A DNA stretch of 56,301 bases, taken from NCBI GenBank assembly GCA_001642005.1, contig LWCA01000091.1:1-56301 (forward strand), given 5' to 3'. Of the stretch, positions 10,697-23,475 are shown piece by piece. The notes beneath the pieces are model-generated. The model was not told the DNA's origin. It made no database searches and saw only the letters and a program-made list of their open reading frames with translations. Source of the stretch: Intoshia linei (lineage: Eukaryota > Animalia > Orthonectida). The translations under genes were made by a program, and so were the position numbers. Every line of letters begins with the position of its first letter. Position 1 is the first letter of the stretch.

Positions 10697-13600
10697 ATGT
10701 TAAAACTTAAACTGAGGTGCACATCATGCAATAGTCCATTATTGGCTTTAACGAATCTTGTATATGTTGGAAAAGTACGATATGAACAACTTGGAGCTAG
10801 TTCAAATGGTTATGTTTATGCGAAGGTATTTTTTATTGTACTATATAGTATATAACATACAGTATTCCCTCCACAACTCTATAACTCGCCAATGTTGTAT
10901 TTCTTCAAGTGATTATTACTGAATATATAGAAATACTAGTTTGGCTGTTTTGTACTTCGCTCAAATAACACCTAGATCTTCTAAAACTTTTCTACTTGGA
11001 CAAAAAATAGAATCTTACATAAAAATGTCACTATAAAATATTACTAATCTTTTAAAGTAATGGTTCCCAAACGTGACAAGACAATTTTTTATTTTTAAAT
11101 TCTAGGACCATGAATTATATCAAAGTTTTTGTTTTAATGAAATAATTTTCTAAAAAAGGCTAAACAGTAAATTGCTTTTTTGAACATGAAAGCTTAACTT
11201 AACATTTAAACTGGAAATGGAAGTATTGAATCATTCAATTTGAATGTGATTTTTTTTTAAATTCTAGGAATATTCGGTTTTTTTAATTTTATAAAATAAC
11301 AATACACAAACAAAGACTTTTATATAAGCTAGTATGGGTAATTTGGGTTTTGACCATGAAGATGTATGTTTTTGAAATTGAAATTTATAATGTTCATGAT
11401 TTTAAGATATGTATCAGAATGTAGATTTAAAAAAGCTAGGTTTATTTTATTTTAAAAAATAGGATGATTAATTTGTGGTTTTTATCATGAAATATTTTAT
11501 TTCTGATATCTAAAATCTAATTTGTGATAAGATATAATCCTCGAAAAAATGTATTAGAAATTGGTGTTTTAAAACTACCCATCTTTCGTAAATAAGATGG
11601 AACAAAATCAAAAAACTGAAACCCTCCTTAAAATTCGTGTAATAAAAATCCTCTTAAAAATTTCCCTAAATTCCCCCTTCAAAATATGGTCACAAAATTC
11701 CCTAAAAACTATATTTTAAATTTGATACAAAAAATTAACCCAAAAACCCTCTATAAATATGGAAAAAAAAAATTTTGAAAATATGCACTTTAATTTAATT
11801 ATCCGAATAAATATGTGATTTAAGGACAGATTTCAATAAAATAAATTTCAAACATTACGTGGTTATTATAATATACATAGTAAAATTATTTTTTAATTCA
11901 TTCTACAAAGATGTCGATTCTCTGGAGTGACATTCGTTTGAACGATGTATTTTCGGAGCGATACATCTTAGAGCGACATAGTCATCGATTTTTCTAATTT
12001 ATCATATCATTAATTTTTTAAAGAAATTTTAATGTGTTTCTTTATTCATATATTATTATTTGTATTACCTTATATTCACAATTTTGTCGTTTTTTTAAAC
12101 GAATATTTTTTTCTACCATTTTTTAAAGATTTTGAAGATACCTAAAATGTTAAAAATATTCTCTTTAAAACCCTACAAAATTTTGGTCCCAAAAGTATTT
12201 TCAAATTATTTTAAAAATGGTAGAAAATAATATGCTCTTAAAAACAATACAAAATTTTTATCATTGTCATTAAAGAAACCACAAAAATATTGTCAAAAAA
12301 TAAATATAATGTTAATTAAAAAATTGATGATTATGTTGCTCAACTGAATGTTCGTCTTCTACGAAATATTCATGTTTTTATTCATGACATAAATCAAATT
12401 GGTTCAATGTTTGAAGTTGGAGCCACTCATGTTAATTATATTACTATTATTTTATAATATTTTAGACTAGACCTTTAAAATCTACCAAAACGTTTGTAGT
12501 GACAATGAAATGTGATGGCGATGATGACAGTTTAGTCCAACTATCTAGTGTTCAGAGGACATGGATGAATATAAGTGACGGCGACGATTTAGAATTTAGT
12601 TCATTGATACTTAGTTCAAAAAACATCAAAGAAATGTCTGTTAATACTGTTTTTGTTTCAGTGTCTCAACAAATTGAAAAAATGAGCACGCACATCGATT
12701 CTACACAAATAGAATCATATTTAAAGGAAATACTGATTGCTCACCATCTAACATTGGGTCAAATAATTGTAATGAGAATCAACAAGATAATTTATAAATT
12801 GACTGTTGTAAAATTAAAAAATAATGATAGTGTTGAATCAGGAATTTGTACTTCTAAAACGCGATATTATAGTCACAGTACACAACAGAGTAACGTAACA
12901 TTGGGGAATGTTAAAAAAACAGAAGAAAATTTCCATTCTCCCTTTGCTGTAGACGTTGATTTTCAGGACATTGGCGTAGGGGGATTGAATGATGAATTTC
13001 AAACAATTTTCCGCAGGGCATTTATAACGCGATTATTCCCACCTACTATTATGCACGAAATGGGAATAAAGCATTGTAGAGGTATTTTACTTCATGGTCC
13101 CCCTGGAACGGGAAAAACGTTACTGGCACGCCAAATTGGAAAAATGTTGAACGCTAAAGAACCTAAAATTGTAAATGGGCCTCAAATATTAGATAAATAT
13201 GTCGGAGCGTCAGAAGAAAACGTTAGAAAACTTTTTGCTGATGCTGAGGCTGATGAAAAAAAGTACGGAATAAACAGTCCTCTCAATATGATCATTTTTG
13301 ATGAAATTGACGCAATTTGTAAACAACGGGGTTCAATGAGTGGCACCGGTGGTAATGTAACGGATACAGTGATAAACCAACTCTTAAGTAAGTTAGATGG
13401 TGTTGATCAATTAAATAATATTTTGGTCATTGGCATGACGAATAGATTAGACATGATAGACACTGCCTTATTGCGCCCTGGTAGGTTTGAACTTCACGTA
13501 CAAATAAATTTACCTGATGAAGGTGGACGGCAAGAAATTTTGAAAATTCATACATCCAAATTGGCAATAAGCAACAAATTACACAAGAATGTAGATTTGG

Positions 13601-14562
13601 AACAAATTGCAAAAGAAACTGCAAATTTTTCGGGTGCAGAATGTGCCGAATTGGTGAAATCTGCTACAAAAAGAGCCATGAATAAACACATTACTACAAG
13701 TAAATCTGGAGAAATTAAAATGGACAAAAACATTGGAGACAAACTTTTAGTTGAACAACGTGACTTTTGCGATTCAATCCTGACTGATGTTGTACCATCT
13801 TTCGGTTCTCAAGATGCAGAATTGGCGAAAATTCAAAACATTCATATTATTAGGTGGAATAATGAGATTTCAAAGATTATAGACATGTGTAAATGTCTGA
13901 CAAATGTTGAATTTCATAATGATTTGAAAACTCCAATGATTAAAATTTTATTTGAAGGGGAACCGGCTTCAGGTAAAACGTCGATTGCCTCATATCTTGT
14001 AAATTTATCAAATTTTCCATTTATAAAGTACATATCATCCAAGCAAATGATTGGATTTTCAGATTATAGTAAATGTGATCATATTTTACAAATTTTTGAA
14101 GATGCTTATAAATCTAAAATGAGTTGTATTGTTCTGGATGATATTGAATCCATTATTGATTATATTCCGATTGGACCCAGATTTTCAAATGTTATTTTAC
14201 AGTGTCTATTAGTTCTCTTAAATTATGATCCACCCGAATCGCACCGATTGCTAATTATTGGTACCACTGCACAATATAATTTGTTAAAACAGTTGTCGTT
14301 AACGAGTGAATTTCAAAAAATTATCCATATGCCCTTGATTTCTAATACTATGGATATTGTTTTTGTTATTGATGCGATAGGAGCCTTCTGTACGAATTCG
14401 TCAAAAAATGAAATTGTTGATTTGCTAAATGTCGTTGATAATATTAATATCGGAATTAAGAAATTATTGCTGGCTATTGATTCAGCGCAATCTTCACCTC
14501 TTAAATTGGTTGATTATATTATGAAAATGAACAATCAAAACAGTTGTGGAGTTGATTCCTAA
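10697..14562 (+). CDS. NSF: N-ethylmaleimide-sensitive factor (vesicle-fusing AAA+ ATPase); exons 10697-10825, 12466-14562
   Basis: GVGGLNDEFQTIFRRAF, D1 Walker A GPPGTGKT, NAKEPKIVNGPQILDKYVG.SE, IIFDEIDAICKQRG, D2 Walker A GEPASGKT, YIPIGPRFSN. Exon 1 LRCTSCNSPLLALTNLVYV matches the NSF N-domain start and splices in phase 0. Confidence 0.97.
10936..11600 (-). mobile_element. Degenerate Helitron copy in NSF intron
   Basis: ACTAGTTTGGCTGTTTTGTAC...CACCTAG is a 3'-end remnant. GGGTAATTTGGGTTTTGACCATGAAGAT is an internal family block. Confidence 0.55.
11925..12365. repeat. Foldback/MITE-like inverted repeat in NSF intron
   Basis: GAGCGACATAGTCATCGATTTTT (~11972) pairs with AAAAATTGATGATTATGTTGCTC (~12340). 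The inner pair is TTTTCTACCATTTTT / AAAAATGGTAGAAAA. Short tandem GAGCGA units lie at the left end. Confidence 0.6.
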
Positions 14563-15749
14563 ATTCCTAAATTCGTGTAAGCGTAATTCCTAGTCATTTT
14601 TCAGTGTACCCAAAATTTGTGAATATTTTATTTATCGCTTTGTTTATTTAATTTTATTAAATTTATAAACTGTTTTGTTTTTAATGAAACTTATATCATT
14701 TTTTTAATCAAATTTCAATAAATGTCGATAAATATGATTTATCTATGTTGAAAGTGTCAATAAACTTGTTTACAATAAAATTTTAAAATTTATATTGAAT
14801 TCAAAAAATAAAACTTCATCGAATTTTTATTATTGGCTTGAATTTATTAATTTTTATAGTTTAAATTTTTTTCATCGTAACGCTTTGAAAAAATTTTTCC
14901 AATAAAAATTAATTTAAAATATTTATATTTTTTAATTATTTCAAAATGTAGAATAGTACAATATGGTTTTTCCCAAACATTATTTGGAACGTCTTGTAAA
15001 ATAATAAGTAAATATTTGCAATGAAATTCTTAATTTTCAGTTTAGTTTGGGGTTTTCCAAGTTGGGTCATGTTGCCCAGGAGAATCATTTTGCTTACATT
15101 TAATAAATTTACAATTATAATGTATTGAATTGAGAAAATTCTAATTACAGGTAAAATTCCATCAAAATCAAGGATATAATAAGTTTTCTATTTTATTCAA
15201 ATCGACTTAAATATAAATTATTAATTGTATATGGCACGGGATTGGATAAATTTTATTTTCTGACGTGCTACATTTCATCATTTTAATTGAAAAATTTATT
15301 TATTAATGCCATTAGAGAATGACTTGAAAAAGGTTGGCAAATCTCTAATTTATTTGATCATAGGTATTTATTTGTTGATACTTTTTCAAATATTCTCATC
15401 GCTCACTAAAAAACAAATCGCCCAGATTGGGAAGCACAATGATAATGTGATAATATAGACATTTCCAGATTTAAGATTTTTTGAAATTAAATATCCTTAT
15501 CTAAGTGTGAATTTTGTTAATGTATCATATAATTTGCAATATGATATTTAAAAAAAGCTAAATATCTCCCGGCCCCATATATGACCTGTAAAACCTAAAT
15601 GTGCGCACCACCGACTTTTGCGAACACTAAAGTAAATAGTCAATATTTTATTAGTCCAATTCAACCTAATTGTTATGATTTTAATGATGGAATGTGTTTT
15701 TAATTTATTGATCTACTTCGACGCGTCATGAATTGTATCTACACTAGAA

Positions 15750-15945
15750 CAGTGCTTGTCATGGGAGTGACTGGTCACCCCAATGTGTGAATAATTTCAT
15801 TAGGGGGGAATACGAAAATTTTAGATGATAGAGGTGAATGATAAAATTTTAGTATATTTCATTCAATTTAATATAATGTTATGAGAAAAAACCAACATTT
15901 TATCAACCCTTAAGGAAAAAATCCCATTTTACTAAACTTTTTAGA
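15750..15945 (+). mobile_element. hAT-like terminal fragment; second copy at 38274-38474 (-)
   Basis: CAGTGCTT.TCAT.GG.GTGACTG.TCA.CCC...CAACCCTTAAGGAAAAAA is colinear with the reverse complement of 38274-38474. Confidence 0.65.
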
Positions 15946-16220
15946 TCAAAAATTCCTCCATCTGATTCCAAAAGAAAAACCTATTTTATATATAATTATA
16001 CTTTACTTATATAAAAATGAATGTCTGTGTGTGTTTGTATGTGGAATTATTTATTGAAAAAATTGACAGTCGCAGGATTTAAAAAAACCCAATTTCAAAT
16101 ACGGTTTTTCCCAGGATGTGTTTTTCAAAACAAATTCAAATTCAAAATTCATTAGTTCAAAGAATTCTGGTTCTTCAGGATCAAAAACCAAATTTCCCCT
16201 TTTGTTTAAAAAAAATTGGC

Positions 16221-16548
16221 TTGTATTTATAATGTCAGTATTATAATCGTAAAGTGTCAGTATTTTAAATAGTTTTTCAGTAAAAATATTAAATTGTCAG
16301 TTGATACAAGGACAACTTAAACCTTAAATTAAAGGTTTAAGCTGCCTTGGTTGATATAATAAATTGTCAGTATTTTAGGTGTTAGTATAAATAATTTAAA
16401 TTGGAAGGGCAGTAAAAAAATTATTTTGTCAGTACTTTAAATATAATGTCAGTATTTAACTTAGTAAAACTGACAAATATGTAATTGAATACTGACAAAG
16501 TACTGACATTTTAATATTTATACTGAAAATTTGATATTAAAATACTTC
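16221..16548. repeat. TGTCAGTATT/AATACTGACA modular foldback insert inside Helitron B
   Basis: Absent from the B copy at ~52280. Contains multiple direct TGTCAGTA units followed by inverted TACTGACA units. Confidence 0.65.
16307..16349. mobile_element. 43-bp palindromic mini-element with 7-bp TSD (P-element-like CAAGG termini)
   Basis: gttgata|CAAGGACAACTTAAACCTT-AAATTA-AAGGTTTAAGCTGCCTTG|gttgata. Confidence 0.65.
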
Positions 16549-19500
16549 CCAAAAAGTTTAATAAAACATTCATTCTGGAACGCGTTTTAAAATCATTAAC
16601 ATTGTCGTTAATCTCAGCCTCAAAAACGCATACCTTCATGGTCAAAACTCTAAATTACCGATTCGTTTTAAACACCCCAAATTTGTTTTAAGAATGAAAC
16701 ATCCTAAAATTCTTTTTTTAAACATAAATTCTGAAATAGTTTTTAAAATCATAAACATTATCATAAATGGAAATATAAAAAAAATAATTTTCACGATTAA
16801 ACCCCACATTACGATTTTTTTTAAAGGAAAACAGCCCTAGAATTTAAAAAAATTACAGATGGTACCGTTGTAGCCTGTTAAAAAACCCAAAAATTTTCAA
16901 TCTGAATCAGTGACGCCTTCACGGTCAAAAAAGTACTTTAATATTTATTTTTTTTATTTCCAAACTATTTTATTAAAACAAAAAATCTGCAATAATTAAT
17001 GGTCCTACAATTAAAAAAAATTATTCTGATAGAGCTTAATTTGATATATATACAAAATTTCAACCCCAAAAATCTATGCATTCCCGGTGAAAAAAAATTT
17101 TAAATATATTATCAACCAATATTTATCAAATGTTGGATAAAAATAAAAAAGTAAAATAATTATCCTACCATTTCAAAAAAATGTGCATTGAACGTCTACA
17201 CATTTACAATAATGAAATATGGATGAAAATCTATATAATTCATTCCTTCGCAATTTTTAAATTCTCATTTTGAAAAAATTTTGTATAAAATTTAAATTAC
17301 AACAACGATGACTAAAAATAAAACAATTTTGTTATCATTTTTATATTATTACGATCCATTGTAATATTGGTAAAATTCACCTGAAATATGTTTATAAAAT
17401 GCCGAATCCGTTAATTATTGATACATAATTGGTACTGAATATTTATCATCACACTGAAAATGACAAAATAGGTTTTTATAATTTTATTTTTTTTGGAATT
17501 TATGCTATTTTGACACATTTTTAGGGTTGGACTGTTTTTACTTTATTTTTAATATTATACACAACTTCTGTTTAATAAATATAAAAAATTCACTTTCACA
17601 CACAAAAGAATAATTCACTTTAAATTAAAGTGCAATGTGATATGACGGGTCTACGTGTAACAAGTTTGGAACACTCCTTTAAATGATTTATATTATAAAT
17701 TATAATAGTAAATGGTAGCATTTTTAGGTTACATTTTCTTATTGAATTTATTATTCTGGTATAATAAAAATATCCGCCCTCAGCAGACCTAGGTGCTATT
17801 TGTACGAAGTACATAACAGTCAAGCTAGTCTATATATAATATATGTAGATTCTACACTTGTATTTTATTATTTCAATTATTTTTTAAATTAACTCTTTTT
17901 TCAGTTTTTTTGCTCGTTGTATTTTAAATTCGGTTATTTTAATAAAACCGGTAATGAATGGATACAAGATTAGTTTACAATTTAAGCTAATTAAATCAAA
18001 GTAAATTAAAATTATGTTTCGTTTTAATACTCAATTTTATTGTCTATGTGGGATATTATGATATTGTTAAATGAGTAATTATATGTTAGTTATCAAGGAA
18101 TAATTAAATATTTTATTAATTCACTACAAAAAATAGCTTTGATAATAGCCCTAACCGTTAAAATTAATGTCATAAGATACTCAAACTTCAAAACTTGCCA
18201 AACGTTACATTTTTCGCCGTTTTTTATTAATAAATGTATTTTTTATTATTAAATTATTTATATTTATTTAAAAGTGTACATTTTGAGGATTGTGGTGGTT
18301 GTGTGTTTATTATTCTAGGGAAATTAATACGATTCTGATTGATTCATTCATAATTTAAATATATTTTAATCATACTGATATTCCTTACTTGTATAAAGTA
18401 AAAGTTAATAAAAATGTTCTGCAACCATTAATTCAGAATATTGAAATCTAAATTGAAAATATAAAAATTCCAAATTAATTGTTTTCGTGCGCAGAAAGTA
18501 TGATAAAATTCAAATATTAACACCTTCACGGACTAAATTTATATTTGTAGTATGACAAATGAAAAAATTTTTTATAAATTAGTACTTTTAATAAATTCAA
18601 TAAACTAATTATAAAATGAGTTAAAACTGTTTATTAAAACCTTTAAATTTCTTTAAACAATGACAAATCCTATATAAATAACGAAATTAAACAGTATACG
18701 TGTTTATACTATTTTTATAGTTCCATGTTTATAAATTCATAAAAATTGTATAACTTTTTAAAAAATAAAATGTATTTTCTATAACTAAATATAAATGTAT
18801 ATACTACCTGTAACGAAATTTGTAGGTGAATTTTCAAGAGCTTTAAATGTACCAACAACATTCACATATAAACTATGAACATTTAGTATACTACACTGTA
18901 TAAACTTAACTTGTGTAACGATCAAGTATATAAACAATACATTGAACTTAAACCGTTAAGATTTTGCCCGAGGGAATATTTATTAAGTCAAGTATGTATA
19001 AAATGATTTCACAAGTGAATGATACTGAATTCTATTGATACAATTTTGATGATTGTTTACATTAGTCGAGCTTGAAATTTTAGATTTAAAGAATTAAATA
19101 AATTGATTCGATAAATCCAAATAATTTATTCCAAATGTGTTTATTTTGACATCTTTAAATGCTACAAATAGTGCCACAATAATCAATGTGTTTATATACT
19201 TTTGATATGAATTATGTATATTATACATTATCCATATTAAATATGGATTTATCTCTATAAACTTTGTTTTGTTGTATTTTGACTTTATTTTTTATAGTTT
19301 TGTGTGTGATTATAATAGATTAAATTTTAAACCCTGTCAAAATTATCTAAATTATATCAAAAATTGGCACTATAATTTCAAAACTGAAATTTTCCGTTTA
19401 TTTGAAAATTGACTTTAGAGGTGTGAATTAAAACTTTGATATTGCAAAGTTTAAAATAATTGTCTTGTATTACTATCGTATGTACATTTATATATATATA

Positions 19501-20074
19501 TATATTTCAATATTAAACTAGCAATATACTTTGCGCATATTTGTTTTGTCGTTTAAATATATATGCATTGATTTGATTAAAAGATAACTTGTGACATTAT
19601 TAATTGAGCATAAACTATTCAATTTACCATGAAAGGTTATAATTACTATCATTTCTATTTCAACGATGTTTGGATGTTAAAAATTTTTATCTTGGATAAA
19701 GTAATTTTACAATATGCATTTCAGGGCAGTTTTAGGGTATTTTTATGTTTCCACTTTTTGTAACCCATTTCTTTTATTTATCACGCCTCGTTTAAATTAA
19801 CAATATCATATTATAGAATGCATCTTTAGCTATTTAGGTTTGCATTTACCAAAAAATCTACCCAATTACACCAATTACTAAATTACCTTTTTTTGGGAAA
19901 TTACTTTATTCACATGTCAAACAAAAAATTTGAAATAATTAAATTGTACTAAAATAATACTAATAATAACACTAGAATAACCGGATAAAATAAGAAGAAT
20001 GACCTTTATTTTTTTTAATATATATTTCCCTAAAATACAGATGTACATGATTTATAGAATTATATAGCTTAATG

Positions 20075-20409
20075 CAGTGGTTTTCAACCTTTTTGTGTTC
20101 GCGACCCCCTTATAAACATAAAAAATTTGCTTTATGATGTAGATTTGTATTATTATAACAAAATTTGTTATCCATATTTCTTTTTTTACACTTCTGAATA
20201 TAATTTTCTTGAGATATTTATTTATTTATTCATGATTAAAATTTTAGCATTATTTAAGCACTTATTACCATTATGTTTCTTATTTCATTTTATTAATTAA
20301 AACTTTAAGTTTAATAATGGTTTGAGTAAATATATTATTTTTTTTTGCGGTCCCCGTAGTAATTTTGTTCACATTTGGCCCGCCAAGAAAATTAAGTCTG
20401 ATACTCCTG
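20075..20409. mobile_element. hAT (Charlie/Buster-like) MITE remnant
   Basis: Left end CAGTGGTTTTCAACCTTTT..GCGACCCC; right end TGGCCCGCC...GATACTCCTG. No TSD. Confidence 0.55.
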
Positions 20410-20848
20410 TAATCTAAACTTTAGATCGATATTTTGTTTTAACATTTAAATACATAAGTGAAATATCAATTTACAGTAATATAATCAATACAGTCAATAT
20501 TTATAAGTGAAAGGGAATATAAATATTTTGAAATATACATTATAGCACGTTTTTTCAACTAATTAAATTAATTGGTAATTTTTTTTTAAATGGAAATCAC
20601 CACAACCTAGACAAAACTTCAAGATTTTTTAAAATCATAAACACATTCCATAAAATTTAATGTTATTAACGTCAACTTAATTAATTTTATATTCAAAAAT
20701 AATACAATTCTTAATAGTTTTATTTTCCTCATATCCAACAAAGTCGATCTAACTCATCACATTAATTTGGACTATTCTTCATGAAAGTTTTTATAGATTT
20801 TAATAAAATCAATTTGGTTAAACTGTTTTTTGAGTGTTGTACTGTTAA

Positions 20849-22395
20849 CTAGATTGACTGTTATGTACTACCTACACAGACATCACCTAGCTCTGCCGAG
20901 GGCACATTTTTATTCTACCAAAAAAATGAATTTATGTTGAAAATCTAACTTAAAAATTCTGATATTCACTATTATCAATCCTTTAAAGGAGTAGTTCCCA
21001 AATTTGTTTCAGGTGTAACCATTATATCACATTGCTTTTTACTTTAAAGTGAATTATTCCATCTGAATTTTTTTGTTAACATTTGCGTAAAGAATTTAAA
21101 TAAAATTGTTATCCCATTTTTTTTAAATTTATTAGACAGAATTTATTTATAATATTAAAAATAAAGTAAAAACAGTCCAATCCTAAAAATTGTCATAAAT
21201 AGCATAAATTCCAGAAAAAATAAAATTAAGAAACCTATTTTGTCATTTTCAATGTGATGACATATATTCAGTATCAATTTAATAAATAAATCCTAAAAAT
21301 TGTCATAAATAGCATAAATTCCAGAAAAAATAAAATTATAAACTATTTCGTCATTTTCAATGTAATGAGTCATCACTGATGACATATATTCAGTACCAAT
21401 TTAATAAATACTTAAAAATACCAATTGTGTATCAATAATTAATAGAATCTTCACTTTATAAATATTTCAGTCAAATTTTACCATTATTGCAAAGAATTGT
21501 AATATAAAAATGATATTAACAAAGTTTTTTTAGTTTCGTTGTTGTAGTTTCTTATTTACATTTGAATGTTTTAATAAAAATGTTTTGAAAATAAAAATTT
21601 GAAGTTTAAAAATTGCGTAGCAATGAAAAAAATTCCGAAGGAATAAATTATATAGATTTTCACACATATGTCTTTATTGAAAATGTGTAGAGGTTCAATA
21701 GACATTTTTTTTGGAATTGTAGAATCAATCTTTACATTTTCAATTTTTGATTTTAATCGAAATATTTGAAAAATATGGGTTGATAATATATTAAAAATTA
21801 TTTTTCACCGGGAATGCGTAGATTTCGAAGGTTAAATTTTGTATTTATATTAACTGGAATAAGCTCTATCAGAATCTTTCTTTTTTTTTTAATTTTCGGA
21901 CCGTTAATTATTTCGGAAAAAAAATATATGAATACTAAAATGCTTTTTTGACCGTGAAGTCGTCACTTATTCGGATTGAAATTTTTTATGTGTTATAACA
22001 GGATACAACTGTACCAATTGTAATTTTTTTGAAATTCTAGGGCTGTTTTCATTAAAAAAAGAAGGGTCATTTGTGGTTTTGGCCCTGAAGATATAATCTT
22101 TTTAAATTTAAATTTATGATAATGTTTAGAATTTTAAAATCAGCATCAGCGTATATATATTTTTTTAAATTCTTAACTCGTTTGACTTTCAAAAAGACGG
22201 ACAACTGGTGTTTTTGACCCGTAAGATGTGAAATTGGGAGGTTGGAATTTATCTTATTAAACGCCCCGGAAAAAAACTGTAATTGAAATGTGGTCTTTAA
22301 AAAATTCTAAGAGTGGTTATTATTTCAATAAAGTGGAACACTCAGACAGATACACACACAAACAAAAATCGCGTAGCCTTTTATATAAGTTAGTA
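20849..22395 (-). mobile_element. Full-length Helitron subfamily A
   Basis: Plus strand a|CTAG..TGACTGTTATGTACTAC.TACA..CACCTAGCTCTGCCGAGGGCA is the 3' end; ...TTATATAAGTTAGTA is the 5' end. It has an internal ~120-bp tandem duplication at ~21180-21410. Confidence 0.88.
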
Positions 22396-23475
22396 TTTAG
22401 ATGTACGGTGCTTAAAATTTGTTTTTGCGTCTGCTCTGATATACGTACAGTTGATTTTAACGTGTGTATTGATTATACTCAGTTATACATTCATTAGAGT
22501 ATCATTGTCGTATTCCATTGCCGATCAATAATTATCAAATTAATAATGTTTTAAAATAAATTGTATACAGTTAAAAAAATTACTTATCAATGAAACGTTG
22601 ATAAATAGTAGCTATTCTCAACAAAATTAAATAATCCTTTCATCTTCAATACAATTTTAATTAATATAACATACTACATGACGCCCATCCCATATGCTAA
22701 ACTGAAACTGTTAAATTACTACAAACTAATTTTTTGTTTATATAATTTTAACCAAGTCTATAGAATCTATAACATTATGTGATAAATTTAATAAATCCCT
22801 TAAACCTACAATTAAAATATTAACAGCAGGATACATTATTCGAAAATAAAAAATGTAACTGAATTACAAACACTATTAAAAAATAAAAACGTTCAAAACC
22901 ACATGTAATGTCAAGTTGGTCAATTACATCATCTTGTAGAAATTGAAAATGTATTGTTCCTTTAAATTACATTCCTTGAACTAGCAAGTTTGGAACTCAT
23001 AGTGCTGCCATTTTTTATTACAATGCTACATATATAATGTACTTGACACTGTTAGAGCAGTTACAAATTGTTTAAATTTATACGCCTCTTTTATGTCCAA
23101 TTTATCTAGCTAATTGATAGATTGCCATTTATTTGATAAAGATATCAATACTGAATTATGACTTTGACGTAAAGTGTTGATTGTATTAAAAAATGAACAC
23201 TTTAATAATATTATTACAATAACAATATAAAATGTATATTTTGACATCTACATTTTTATATATAAAGTAACATTAAAGGTAATTTTCGTTCTTAATTACA
23301 TTATTAAATTTATTAGTAACGCAGCTTATTGAATTAATTTTAATATTCAGCACGTAACATGCCTCCTTGTAGAGTGTATATTATGTCATATACTACGTTA
23401 ATTTTATTTTATTTTATAATTTTATCAAACATTAGATTAAACAAACGTTAATACAAAGTAGATACAACGTTTATA

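Larger units (their letters stand above)
15999..17828 (+). mobile_element. Full-length non-autonomous Helitron subfamily B
   Basis: 5' a|T(A)CTTTACTTATATAAAAATGAATGTCTGTGTGTG. 3' hairpin TGTAC-GAA-GTACA followed by CAAGCTAG|t. Inserted between A and T with no TSD. Confidence 0.88.

Noticed and set aside
22288-22497. Similar short ORFs MWSLK.S.SG.YFNKVEH at 22288 and 39922 suggesting a peptide family (also 17620, 38506, 31545, 52409)
   Set aside because: All lie within Helitron copies, and the frames are not conserved among copies.
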